From the IMG/VR virus record IMGVR_UViG_3300030202_003277: DNA of 20,000 nucleotides. One strand, 5' to 3'. Below the pieces are notes generated by a model. It saw only the letters and a program-made list of their open reading frames with translations. It had not been told where the DNA came from and ran no database searches. Shown here piece by piece: positions 1-12,500 of this stretch (the first letter of the stretch is position 1; each line of letters begins with the position of its first letter). Origin of the DNA: an uncultured virus (IMG/VR IMGVR_UViG_3300030202_003277) (Duplodnaviria > Heunggongvirae > Uroviricota > Caudoviricetes). A program made the position numbers and the translations under genes.

Positions 1-1817
1 GTAGAGATTTAGGTATGAGTGATGAAGAAATTGCATTTTCAAGAAATTTAGCAGAAAGAGGTTATGGATATGATGTTAAAAATGTAAGAAGATTAGCTGG
101 TGGTAGTGCTGGAGTTGCTTTAGGTAACTTAGGAAGAGCGCAAGGGCAATTGTATGACCAATATGCTAATATAGCTGCTGCAGACCAGCGAGTTAGAAGA
201 GCTAATAGAGATCAGTTTTATAGGGGAGCTATGGCAGATGAAAACATCAATAGACAAAAATTTCAAGATGAATTTCAACAAGCTGTTATGAATAAACAAT
301 CTGGAGCTATGTTAGTTAATGATGCATTAACTAATATGGATGAAAGAATGCAATTTAATAAAGCATATGGAAAAGGTTCTCCTTATTATGAAATGATGAA
401 ATCTACATGGCAAAGTTCAGAACAAGAAAGAATTAATAAAGAAGAAGCATTAAAAAATACACGTCAATCTAATATTGATAACTTAAATAAACGAAAAGAA
501 GATTATCAATCAGAATTAGATAAAATGCAAACTTTAGGTACTGGAAATCAAGTTGTTTTACCTGACCCTAAAGATAATACACCTCGAACAATTGCAGAAC
601 AAACATTACAAACTGTACCAACTGGTGGAGTTGATGTAACTAATGTTGAAAATACTGCTGGAGATGCTACAGAAATTGCAGAATATAAAAGAAGAGTAGA
701 TGATGGAGAAAATGAAATGGATGTTTTAATGGATCTTCGTAAAAAAAGAAAAGCTGGACAAGGGATTCTTAATAATGTTAATGATGTTGAAGAACCTGTA
801 GTAGATGAAACTTTCGTTGAACAAACACCTATAACTGGAGATACAGATAATTTAGGTGATCCTATGGCTACTGATAATAAACCTGTTGCTGGTGAATTAG
901 AAAAGGTTTCTCCTGAAAATCAAACTTGGGAAGATAAATTAGCTGATTATAAATCTGAGTTTAAAGATGAAGAAACATTAGCAAAATATGAAGAAAATCC
1001 AATTGCATTTTTAGAAGAAGATATAAGAGGGTGGGAAAGTGAACCAGATAGTGAACAAAAAACTCAAAGTCTTAAAAATCTTAATGAAAATCTTGAGATA
1101 TTAAAGAATGAACAACCAGGTACATCATTAGTTAAAACTACAGAAGATTCAGAAGCTATAGATGAAAGTATACCAGAATATAGTAATATTTATGGATTAG
1201 ATAATGTTAGTAGTGCTGTAGGAGAATATGAAGGAGATTTAGCTGTAACAGATAATGGAGAATTAGTTGAATGGAATATTTTTGATGAAAAATGGGATAA
1301 ATCTCCAGAAAGTAGACAACCAAAATTTGTTTATGAAGGACCAGAGAATTATGAATTATATAAATCTAATTCACCAAGGTCAGCTACAGATTATAATATA
1401 ACTCCTTTTATTAATAAAGTTAAATCGGGTTCATCTAAAGATGAAGTTTTAAAAGATATAAAAGATTTATCTAAAATACAGATAGATAAAACATGGGGTA
1501 ATAATAATTTAAGTTTTGCAAGTGCTACATCAAATCAAATTATGTTTAATAAATCAGAACAAAAAGATTTTGAAAAATTATTAGATTCAGATGAATTTAA
1601 AAAACTTGTTGGTGGAAGAGATAGTCAAATACCTGATTTATTAATGGAAGTTGAAAGACAACTTGAAAATGGTTCAACACAAGGATTGTCAAATAATTTT
1701 TTACAGAAAACTAAAAAATCATTAATTAGATTTAATGAAGCAAGAGATAAATATATTACTCAAAAATCTAATGAATTAAATGATGAATTATCTAAACAAT
1801 TTTTACAGAACTTATAA
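1..1817 (+). CDS. Putative phage ejection/cargo (internal virion) protein, probably 5'-truncated by the window
   Basis: The frame is open from the window edge (codons from position 3: R-D-L-G-M), so the ATG at 15 may be internal. The N-terminal part is Ala/Gly/Gln-rich and helical (RRLAGGSAGVALGNLGRAQGQLYDQYANIAAADQ), followed by a long acidic region. No Cys. TAA at 1815-1817. Lies upstream of the virion RNAP cluster. Function is inferred from composition and context. Confidence 0.6.
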   Translation, partial: RDLGMSDEEIAFSRNLAERGYGYDVKNVRRLAGGSAGVALGNLGRAQGQLYDQYANIAAADQRVRRANRDQFYRGAMADENINRQKFQDEFQQAVMNKQSGAMLVNDALTNMDERMQFNKAYGKGSPYYEMMKSTWQSSEQERINKEEALKNTRQSNIDNLNKRKEDYQSELDKMQTLGTGNQVVLPDPKDNTPRTIAEQTLQTVPTGGVDVTNVENTAGDATEIAEYKRRVDDGENEMDVLMDLRKKRKAGQGILNNVNDVEEPVVDETFVEQTPITGDTDNLGDPMATDNKPVAGELEKVSPENQTWEDKLADYKSEFKDEETLAKYEENPIAFLEEDIRGWESEPDSEQKTQSLKNLNENLEILKNEQPGTSLVKTTEDSEAIDESIPEYSNIYGLDNVSSAVGEYEGDLAVTDNGELVEWNIFDEKWDKSPESRQPKFVYEGPENYELYKSNSPRSATDYNITPFINKVKSGSSKDEVLKDIKDLSKIQIDKTWGNNNLSFASATSNQIMFNKSEQKDFEKLLDSDEFKKLVGGRDSQIPDLLMEVERQLENGSTQGLSNNFLQKTKKSLIRFNEARDKYITQKSNELNDELSKQFLQNL

Positions 1818-1839
1818 AATAATACTTTAAATTTATATT

Positions 1840-3501
1840 ATGGCAGATTGGGGTTTATATTCAGCATTAAGGGGTAAAAACAATTGGCAACAAAGACGTG
1901 CTGATAAGATGATGAATTTTCAAATGACTGAAGCTCTTAGGGCTAAAAGGGAAAGAGAAAATCAACAGAGAATGCAAATGGAAGCTAAATTTTTAGAATA
2001 CCAAAATGCTATTCAAAATTTAGATGTTTTAAAACAAGACCAAGAAAGAGTTAGGGGTGTAGAAGGTAAGGCTCGACAAAATGTTATAGCTGGTATTGCT
2101 AAGTATGATGGTGATATTAACAAATATATGAACAGTGGTGGTTTGCAACAAATGAATGCATATCAGCAAGAAGTAATGCAATCTGAAGAGTTAGCAAATG
2201 CTGTTCAAAATAAAAAAAATATGGCTTTATATCTTGCAGATAGAGCTAAAGGAGATAGATGGATGAAATCAGTTATGGTAGATAAAGAATTTATAGACCC
2301 ACAAACTGGAAAAAAAACTACAAGAAAAGTAGCTACAAATATGGAAGATCAAATGGCAATGTTTGATTCTGGTCAATTATCTAATTTTCAATTTAATGGT
2401 TCTGAAAAAAAGGTAGCGATAAATCCTGCATTATTTAAAAAATCTGTTAAAGACGCTACTAATCCATATAGTAAAGATAATTATGTAACACAATCTAATG
2501 TATTTGATGCTGCATTAATGCAAGGAGCAAGTAAAGAACAAGCTATGCAATTAGCAGAAGAATATGGACAAGGAGTACAAGCTGGCGGTGTTGAAAGTGC
2601 TTGGAGATGGGGAGCTGGTAATCCATTAGACATTGAAAAACTTAAAATGCAAGCAAGTCAGTTTAGAGAAAGTATGAATTATAAACGAGACTATTTAAAA
2701 CAACAAAAAGAACTTTCTCAATATAGGGCTAAATATGGTAATAAAGCAACTAATACTTTAGCTGCACATGCTGTTGCTGTTAATAGAAAATTATTAGCTG
2801 GTGGAGATGGTGCTACTTCTACTGATGGTTTGTTATTAAATGACATAGCAAAATTAACTCCAGAAAACTTTATTAAAATGCCACAAAATAAAGATAATCC
2901 AAATGGTATGCAATATATGTATTCTGGACCAATGCGTACAGCTACAACAAATTATATTGATGGTAGAGCACAAAGTCAATTAACTGGTGGAATAATAAAT
3001 TCAACAGGCAATCCAGTTCCAATAATGTTAGGAGATCCAAATAGTCGAAATTCATTTGTAAGATTAAGACAAGAAAATGGAGATATGGAAACATTTGCTA
3101 TAGCTTACGCACAAGGAAATGCTGATAATCCGATTTTTGGAGCAGCAGCTGCTAATGGTCAAGCTGGTAGTTGGGTGGTTGGAGATATTGATAATGCTAT
3201 TACTGGACAATCACAGAAAAAGTTTGTTGGTTTAATACCTGTAGGTGGTTTATTAGATAATCCAGCATATACTCAAGCATTAGATATGGAAGCTGGTTAT
3301 AAAGTACAAGGTCAAGGGCCTTATGAAAATTGGCAATCTTTGGGTACAGCTGGTTACAATGAAATTAATCAACAAAATATTAATGCTATGGGTGGTTTTG
3401 ATCAATATAATCAAATGGTTAATAATCAACTTGGAACATTTTATACCGGAAGTACATCGGCTGGACAAACAAATTATAGTTTAGAAAATTACGATCAATA
3501 A
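1840..3501 (+). CDS. Putative phage ejection/cargo protein (553 aa)
   Basis: Uninterrupted ORF with a Q/M/N-rich coiled-coil-like N-terminal half and a Gly/Asn-rich C-terminal half, and no Cys. AT-rich leader without a Shine-Dalgarno. The stop overlaps the next start (TAATG at 3499-3503). Confidence 0.6.
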   Translation: MADWGLYSALRGKNNWQQRRADKMMNFQMTEALRAKRERENQQRMQMEAKFLEYQNAIQNLDVLKQDQERVRGVEGKARQNVIAGIAKYDGDINKYMNSGGLQQMNAYQQEVMQSEELANAVQNKKNMALYLADRAKGDRWMKSVMVDKEFIDPQTGKKTTRKVATNMEDQMAMFDSGQLSNFQFNGSEKKVAINPALFKKSVKDATNPYSKDNYVTQSNVFDAALMQGASKEQAMQLAEEYGQGVQAGGVESAWRWGAGNPLDIEKLKMQASQFRESMNYKRDYLKQQKELSQYRAKYGNKATNTLAAHAVAVNRKLLAGGDGATSTDGLLLNDIAKLTPENFIKMPQNKDNPNGMQYMYSGPMRTATTNYIDGRAQSQLTGGIINSTGNPVPIMLGDPNSRNSFVRLRQENGDMETFAIAYAQGNADNPIFGAAAANGQAGSWVVGDIDNAITGQSQKKFVGLIPVGGLLDNPAYTQALDMEAGYKVQGQGPYENWQSLGTAGYNEINQQNINAMGGFDQYNQMVNNQLGTFYTGSTSAGQTNYSLENYDQ

Positions 3502-6500
3502 TGGGAGAATACGTAAAAAAACCGTTACAAACATCAGGTGGCAATCCAAATCAAGGGGCACAAGGATTTACTGAAGATTTTAGAGATAGAACTCCAGCTT
3601 TAATAGATGCTGATGGTAAAATAAATCTTGATAGAGAGTTTCTTTCTGGTAGGTCTGAAATGGAACAACAAATGACTTCAATGGGGTTTGATGTTGGAAG
3701 ATTAGATTTACAAGAATATGATTATGCTAATTTATATAGAGATTGGAACTCAGTTGATGCAAGAGAAGTGCCTGATTTTTACGATCCATTTGAAGCAGAA
3801 TCATATGAATTTGAAAGATGGGCTATAACTGACATGGCTGCTGGACTTTGGAATAGAGGTGTTGCTGGAATGGTTAGTGGTTTAGCACAAGCTCCAGCTA
3901 TTGTTGGTGCGGCTATTACTGGTGGAGAAGTAGATGGGTTTTGGGATAGTTGGATTCAAGGAGCAAATGACATGGGTGAAGCTATGAGTGTTCAGCAAAG
4001 TGATAGATCTTTAATTCCTATGACATCTGAAATTAATTCAAGCAATTTAGCATATGCTATTGGAGATGGATTAGGATTTGTAGCAGATATATTTTTAGGA
4101 AGTCATGGTGTTGGTTCATTAGTAAAAGCCGGTTCTGCTGTTAGTAAAGTACAAAGAGCACAAAGACTTGGAAGTTTTTTGACTGGTACTGTTCAAATGC
4201 AAAAAGATTTATATCAAGAAGGAATTAGAAATGGTTTAAATCCTGGAGATGCAGCAAGAGTTGCTATACCTACAGCTTCAATAGTTTCTTTATCTGAGGG
4301 AGCTGCTTTAGAAATGTTAGGTGCTACTATAAGTGGACAAACATTAAGGGGAATAGGTACATCTGCTTTAAAGGGAGAATTTCAAGCTATGGGTAAAGCT
4401 TTTGCTAAAGGTGGTTCTGGATTAACAATGTCAAATTTTAAAAAATTAGCTCCAAAATATGCTAAATCATTTGGTCAAAAAATGAAAAGTTTAGGAGCCA
4501 GTGCATATAAAGGTGCTACAGTTGAGGCAACACAAGAATTTACTCAACAATATATTGAAGATTTTGGAAAGTTTGCTTATGATACATGGTTTGCTGGAGA
4601 TGATAAAACAAAAGGTAAAGGGAAATTTGGTGTAGAGTGGGATAAAACTTTAGAAAAAGCAATGGTAGGTGCTTTAGTAGGTGGTCTTGTTGGTGGTATG
4701 GTAAGTGGTGGTGGTTCAGCAATTAGAGGGGTTGAAGGAAATACTACGTTTGCATATGTTAAAGATGCAATAGATAATAACAAACCTGGTAAAATTAAAA
4801 GAATTATAAATCAAGTTAATAGAATGGGTGCTAATGGAAAGGTAGAAAACGCTCCAGAAGTAATTCAAGCTATTAAAGATATGACAAGATTTTCTCAATC
4901 TATAAAAGGTCTTAATATAGATTCAAGTACTGCTAATTTTCAATTATTTCAATTAAATCAAATACAACAAGGGTTTCAAGAAAAATTTGGTAAAGAATTT
5001 AAAACTGATCCTAAAACAAATTATTTAATAGCTAATGCTTATAGAATTAATGAGCAAAAAGCAACTATGCTTACTCAAGCTATGAATAATGAAATGCAAG
5101 TTCTTATTCAGGATAAAAAGCCACTAACTAAAGACTTAAATAAATTTGAAACTAAATTAAATAATTATCAAAAGTTATTTAAACAAATTCAAAAAGGACA
5201 AATTAATGAAGAGCAATTAGTTAAAGAAATTAGAAAAAATGAATCCCCTACTGTTACTAAATGGAGACAATCCATTGAAGCAGAAATGGAAAAAATTAAA
5301 CAATCACAATTAGATAATGATGGTGTTTCTGTTAATGAACAATTAGATAATTTAGACGCTGAAAAATTAAAGAAAAAAGAATCTACATTAGAATATGTAG
5401 AATTACCTAATAATAAAAAAGCTACTAAAAAAGCAATTACAGATTTTGAAAAAATTATTGCAGAGAGAGATAAAATGAATACTGCAGCTGAAAAAGATAG
5501 TACTGTTCGTGATGCATTTGCAGATAAAATGAGAGATGAATATGGAATGACTTTAGCTGATTTAACAGAGCTTGAAACAAATTGGACTTTTGGCGAAAAT
5601 ATTAAAAGTAAACGTGAAGAGGGTTCATTAAAATATGTACAACCAAAAACAAAACAAACTGAAGAATCAAAGACTCCAAAACAAGAAAATAGAATTAAAG
5701 AATTAGAACAAGAAATTGAAGATCAAAAAAGAGTTGTTGCTATAACTGGACCAGCTAAAGCGGGAGATGTAACTTCTACTGATGCTAATTTAAAATTAAA
5801 ACAATTAGAAAAATCTTTAGAAATTGAAAAAGCAGCTGTTGCTGCTTCTGAAAGGAAAGAAGGTACTACACCAGTTTTTGAAAACGAAGAAATAGATGGT
5901 AAATTCTATAGAGATAATCAAAAAGAAATTGAAAGTAGAGCTAAAGAAATTAGAGAAAATAAAGAAGCTAATAAAATAGCAGATGCAATAAAAAAATCTT
6001 CTAAAGAAGAATTAGAAGATGCAGCTAAAAAAGCTGAAGAAATTAAAGAAGCTAAAAAGAAGCCTGAATCTAAGAAGAAACAAGATAAGAAAGTAGCTCC
6101 TAAAAAAGTAAAAGAAGATTCTAAAGCTGAAAGAATTGCTAAAAGAGATAAAAAACTTTTTGAAGAAACTCAAGAAGCTCCTGGAATACCAGGAAAACCT
6201 AAATTAGATAATATAATTAATGATGGAAATGTAACTACAGGTGTTTATGTAAATGAAAATGGTGATATAGATATAGTTATTAGTAGTACAGGTACAAACC
6301 AAAATTATGTAGGATTTTATAGAGTTTATGAAGATGGTAAACCAACAAATAAATTTACCTCTAAAATGCAAGTTGTTGATGGTAAAGGGTTTGGTAAAAT
6401 GATAGCAAATGCTCAAAAACAATTACCTGAAGGACATCAATGGTTAGAAACTAAAAGTGTTTCTAAAGATGGTTTAAGAGTTTGGAATAAAGCTAAACAA

Positions 6501-9500
6501 AAAGGATATAAAGAAGTTGTTGATGAAAATGGTAATATAGTAACTAATGAGGTAACGTTAAATCAAGCCACAAAAGAAGGTATAACTGGAGAGTCTACAG
6601 ACTACAAAGATGTTGTAGTTAGTAAAGCTGAGGCTGATAATATTGTTAATGAACTTCAAGAGATATACCCAGGAATTGAAACATCTACCATTAAAGGAGG
6701 TCCAGGTAAAGTTAAAATAAAAATAAAACTACCTGTATTAGAAAGCACTACTGAAAAAGTTGATTCTACAAAAACTAAAGATAAAGTACCTACAGAAACT
6801 AAAGAAGTTTCAACTGAAATTTCAAGTTCTGAAGAAATTAAACAAGAATCAGCTGCAATTTTAAATGAATATTCAAATTCTGAAATTGCTAAAATAATAA
6901 GAAGAGAAGATGATGAATATTCTCAAAATGAAGAGTCTTTAGGTAGATTTATCGAAAGAAATACTGAAAATGTTGAAGGTGGAAAAGCTATAGAAGATAT
7001 ATATGAGTATGGTATTATTCAAAGAATAATTGCAAATGATGGTTCTAAAATTCAAAGATTAGTTGATTTAAATGGAAAAGTTCATGGTATTCCTTTAATT
7101 AATCTTACAATGGATGCAAAAGAATCTGGATTGTTATTTGATGGAAAAAAAGATTTTAGTTTATCAGAAAAAGAAATTTCAGATTTCTTTAAATCTAAAT
7201 TTGGTACTAAAGAAGATGTAGATGAAATTACAGATGAAGATATAGATGAAGATGATATGCCATTTGGTTATACTCCTATGTCTGAAGAAGATAAAGCTAA
7301 ATTAGACAATCAAACAAAAGACAAAAAAGAACAAAGGACTGATTTAAAAAGAGATTTACAAAAAGAAAAACTTGAAGCAAATAAAATAAAAAACAATCCT
7401 GAGTTATATGCTAAAATATTAAATCATTTTCAAAAATTATTTCCAAATATACCAGTTCAACAACTTAATAATGCACTGTGGAAAAATGGGCCATTTACTG
7501 TAGCTTATATAAATGAATTAGGTGTTNNNNNNNNNNTACTGATGAAGCTTTTCAAAATACATTATTACATGAAGGAGCTCATATTATAAAAGAAATTTTA
7601 GGAGACAATCATCCTTTAATTAAAGCTGGTATGCAGTTTATTAAAGGCACAGATTACTTTAAAAATGCTCAAGTATTATATTCTGATAAAAGTGTAGCAG
7701 AACAAGCTGAAGAAGCTTTAATGGAAGCTATAGCTGATAATTCATTAGAAAAATTAAAAACTAAATTAGAAGGAACAAACTTACAAAAATTTGTTTCTTG
7801 GTTAAAAAGATTTTGGAATGCAGCTAAAAGAGCTATAGGTCTTAAAAAAGGTAAGCAATCAGTTGAAATGCTTGCTGATATGTTAGCTTATGAAAAAGCT
7901 CCTTATAATGCTGATTTAGGTTTGTTTAATGAATTTAAAGAACAGCGTTCAGCATTACATATGCAAACAGTACAAGAGGTTCAATCTACTATTTCTTTAG
8001 CAAGATTAAATTATAGATTAAATCCAGAAGATTATTTAAACCCTACTACTAAACAAAATTTAAAATATTTAGTTTATAATAAACTTGGACTTAAAGTTAT
8101 TCAAGATTCTATTATAGCAAACCCTAATTCTATAAATGAAACATTATCTTCTCAAACAGTAAATCAAATTAAAGAAGAAACAGATAAAGAACTTAGGGCT
8201 CAAAAATTGTATTATGCATTAAAAGTTGAAAATAATCAATTATGGAAATTGATTGAAACAACTACTAATCAATTATCTAAAAAATCATTACCAACAATAA
8301 CGGATCTTGAAGAATTAGTAAAGACTGAATTAAAAGGTAATAAAGATATTTCAGAATCGGTTAGGTCTATTGTAACAGCAATTGTTGATAATGATGGTTA
8401 TTTATATGATTCAAATGAAGTTTATCAAAATATTGCAAGAATAGCTGATAAATCTATCGATATAAAGTCATTTGAAAAAAATCTTCAAGAAGATGAAACT
8501 AAAGGAAATGATATAGCTAAAAAGATTAATTTAATTTTAAATGCTTTCCCTACTAATGCAAAAAATGGTATTCTTTCTGAATTAGCTTCATTAACTACAA
8601 TAGAATATAGGTCTTTAATTAAAACACATAATGTAGTTGATGGTCAGAAAGTTACACAAGTTTTATGGAAAAGAGTAAATAAAGATAGAACTGTAGATGA
8701 TTTATTTAATAGGTATGCTGTAAATTATAAAAATGCTAACCTAAATCAGCTAAGATTATTAAATAGTCAGTTAAAAGATATTAAAAAAGGATTTGCAATT
8801 AAAAGATTTGTTGTTGATCAAGATGTAAATAATGCATTTTTTCAAAATGCTAAAATGTTTGTTGAAGAATTAGTTGGAGATAGTTTTACTAATGAAGAAT
8901 TTAAACAGTTTTTAAATAAACAAATTAAAACAGCTCCTTCCGTAGAGAAAAAAGTTCAAAGGTTATCATATTTATTTGCAGCAAGTTCAAAAAGAGATGG
9001 AACATTTACACCTGGTTCTTTTAGTAAATTATTAAATGATATAAAAACACAAAACAAATTTGATAAAAAAGAATTTTCAGGTGTTTTAAGAAATTTAGCG
9101 ATTGCTAAAAAGGGTGATTCAATTTCATCAAATTTTGTTAATCAAGCTGGAAATAATGTAACTGCAACTAAATTAGGTTATTGGGTTAATCAATTTGGTA
9201 AAATGTTTGCTTATGATAATAAATTTAGAAATGAATTATTAAACTCTACATTATATAAAGCTAATCCAGTTTTAAAAGAGTGGGCTAAGTCAAAAGAAAT
9301 TCCAGAATGGTTTATACATGACGCATTTGAAAACACTGGTTTTAGTGGAGCTATAGAACACAATAATGCTACAATTAATGATATTGTTTTAAATAACTTT
9401 TTTTATTATTCTCAAAATAAATCTAATCAAAAATCATACGCACAATCAATAGGTGTTACTGGAGATAGAGGACATTTAACATATTTTAAAGTACCTAAGT

Positions 9501-12500
9501 ATAGTGAAGAACAATTAATTAACGAATATAAAATAAGAGCAAAATTAGATGAGGCTTTGTTAAATAGAAAAATAAGAGATAAAGGTGTTTCGCCAAAATC
9601 TTTAGTAAATCAATTTAATAAACTTTCTTTAAATCAAGCTGTTATATTTGATGGTAAAGTTGAAGTATTTATAGATGCAGTTGGAGATTATGAGATGTCA
9701 CTTCCTCGAGTTCGAAAAAGAGTAGAAAATCTATATAAATTATTAGAAAACTCAGGAACATTAGAAGCTCTTGCTCAACAAAATCCTTCTGTAATAGTTG
9801 ATGGTAAAATAAATAAGGATAAAGTAAATGAATTAATAACAAATTATATTTACACTGAATCATTAAATAGGTCTTATTTAACTGATATTTATGCTGGTCC
9901 AGCTATAGATAGAAAATCAGTTGCTGATGTAATGAAGCGTATGGCTGGTTTAAATTCAGGCGGTAAGCTTATTCAAATAGATAAACCAGTTCATGTGTTT
10001 GTTTTAGATACTTCAGGAGCAGATGGAAAAATTATGTCTGATTCATTTTCATTTAATGGTTCACATTTAGCAAACCATATTTCAGAACAAAGTGGAAGTA
10101 CTGATGTAGTTGGTGTAAATATGAAAGATATGCTTTATCAAATTAGTAACGATGGTGGTCTTGATTTTTATAAAATGTCAACTTTAAATGTTACTGGTGA
10201 AATAGATGATAATTCATTAACTCAATTTACTGATTCTAATAATCTAACTGAAGGTTATAATGCAATTGGAAATGCAATTTTAGAATTAGAAAAAGCTTTA
10301 GGTGATAATGCATATGTTAAAATAATTGATAAAGATGTTGTTAAAGGAGATTTGTCTCAATATGATAAAATTCCAATTAATGAATTTCTTGCAGATCCAG
10401 CAAAAGTAAAAAATAGAAATACTCTTAAAGAATTTAAAAATTACAGAGTAGCATTTAATCTTAACAAAGATTTATCAAAAGTTCCATTAGCTAATCAAAA
10501 TGTAATAATGTCTACACAATTAGCTAAAATTTTATTAAATCATGATGTATCAATTGAAGAAATTGAAAATTTTGAAAATGCATTAGTATCTGTATTAGAT
10601 GATTCATTAAAAGAAAATCAAACATTTAGTAAGTTAAATAACATTAATAGATTATTAAATGAATTAACTAAAGATTCAGAAGAAAATACAAAGTCAGAAA
10701 TTATTGAAATTCTTTCTGAAATGAAACGATTAAATAGTGGAACTTTTGAAACTACTTATAGAATTGGAAATTATAATTACTCTCAATCTCAAGTAGCTAA
10801 TTTAGGTTCTATAAATGAATCTGCTAAAAAATTTGCTGATAATTTAATAACTAAACAAGAGTGGCAAGATATATTAAATAAACATGAAATGTCTGAAGAG
10901 ATGTTTAATGAAGCCATGACTAATAATGTTATAAATAGATATAAAGGAAAAGATTTAGGCGAATTTGCAACAACAATTAAAAAAAGTAAAAAAGTTAGTG
11001 TATTATTAGATTCTTTTGATCATCCAAATTTAAAACCTATGGTTGAGCAATTTATATCAAGTAGGTTAACAAAACAGGGTATAAGAACTAATATGTCTGG
11101 TATGTATGCACATATGCTTCCAGATTTTACAGATAAACTTAAAGGTTATAAAGAAAATGGTTTAGAGCCAATGGAAATTGGTGTTCCATGGTCGTTATTT
11201 ATACAAAAAAGACCAGGGGAATCTGATGAAAGTGCCAAAGGAAGAGCTGAAGAATTATTAAAAGAAAAACCAGAATTATTTAGAAATGTTGTTGTTCGTG
11301 TTCCCGCTTCAGGAGCTGTATCAAGTTTTGCTGGACAAGTTAAGTTTTTTGTTGATGGACATTCAAATACAGCTATTGTTCCTAAATCATATATGGAGGC
11401 AGCAGATGCAGATAATGATGGAGATAAAGTGTTTGTTTATAGAGCTGATTTAAATAAAGAAAGTGAACTTTTAGAAAGTAATAAAACAAAAGCTTTTAAC
11501 CAGGTTTATGAAAAAGCAAATTCTAAAGCTCAAAAAGAAGCTGCAGTAAAAGGAGATTTATCTTTAGATAGAATAAAAGAACTATTAAAAGAATTTGATT
11601 TATACAATGAAGATGTTTTTCAATTAAACAGTAATGAGGATTTTGCTAAGTTAGCAAATAACATGTCTTTTGGAGCAGATGCAATTGGTATATGGGCTGT
11701 AGCTTCTAAAATGTTATCTATGCTTTCACAGTCACAAGAACAATTAAAAAAACCTATTTCTTTTGGTTTTGAAAATGGAAATTTAGTTGATATAAAAAGA
11801 CAAAAATTTACTAACAATGCATTAAGTGATGTAGCAGTATTTTTACAAGCAGCTCTTGATATGGGTAATGATCCAGTTCACATTTCAACAGGAGTTAATG
11901 AATATACTATAGGTGTCGCAACAGCATTATCTTTAATGGATGTTTCTTTTGAAGAAATTATTCCTTTTTTAAATTCAAAACCTATTGCTGATTTAGTAAA
12001 TGAAATTGATAATGCTAAAACAAATTATATAGATAAATCTTCTTTTAGTATTAATAAATTCTTGAAAGCAAAATTAAACGAATTTGACGCTAAAAAAGGA
12101 AGTAAGTCTAAAGCTGAAATAAAAGCAATTATAGAGAACGGTGGTCAAGTAATACAAAAAGATCAAGTTGTTCCTGGTATATTTAAAACTGGAGATACAT
12201 ATTATAAAGTAGAAGAAATAGAAGCAAATGTTGCTAAATATTCTTTTGCTACAGAATCTGATTTAGAATCTTCAGATAATTTAGCAATTATTAAAAAGTT
12301 TGCAGAAATTCAAGAATTAGCTTCAGAATTACAAAGACTAATACCAGTATTACAATTAGATAATAAACTTCCTAATAATGGTTTTGATACAAAAAAATCA
12401 TTAGAAGTAATGGCAGATTTAAGAAATGATGGTTTTTCTTTTACTACTGATAATTTAGCAAAAAGACCATTGATTAAACATTACTCTAAAATGCTTGTAA

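Noticed and set aside
5850..6180. Possible tandem repeat in the K/E/A-rich stretch
   Set aside because: Low-complexity charged linker (AKEIRENKEANKIADAIKKSSKEELEDAAKKAEEIKEAKKK). No discrete nucleotide repeat unit is visible.
6630..6685. ADNIVNELQEIYPGIET resembling the start of the two zincin domains
   Set aside because: Too short, and no HExxH follows. It may be a generic amphipathic helix-Pro motif.
7527..7631. Programmed frameshift or pseudogene between 3501..7589 and 7631..13660
   Set aside because: The frame change coincides exactly with the 10-N placeholder. The tail LMKLFKIHYYMKELIL is an out-of-frame artefact, and the ATG at 7631 falls inside the zincin domain.
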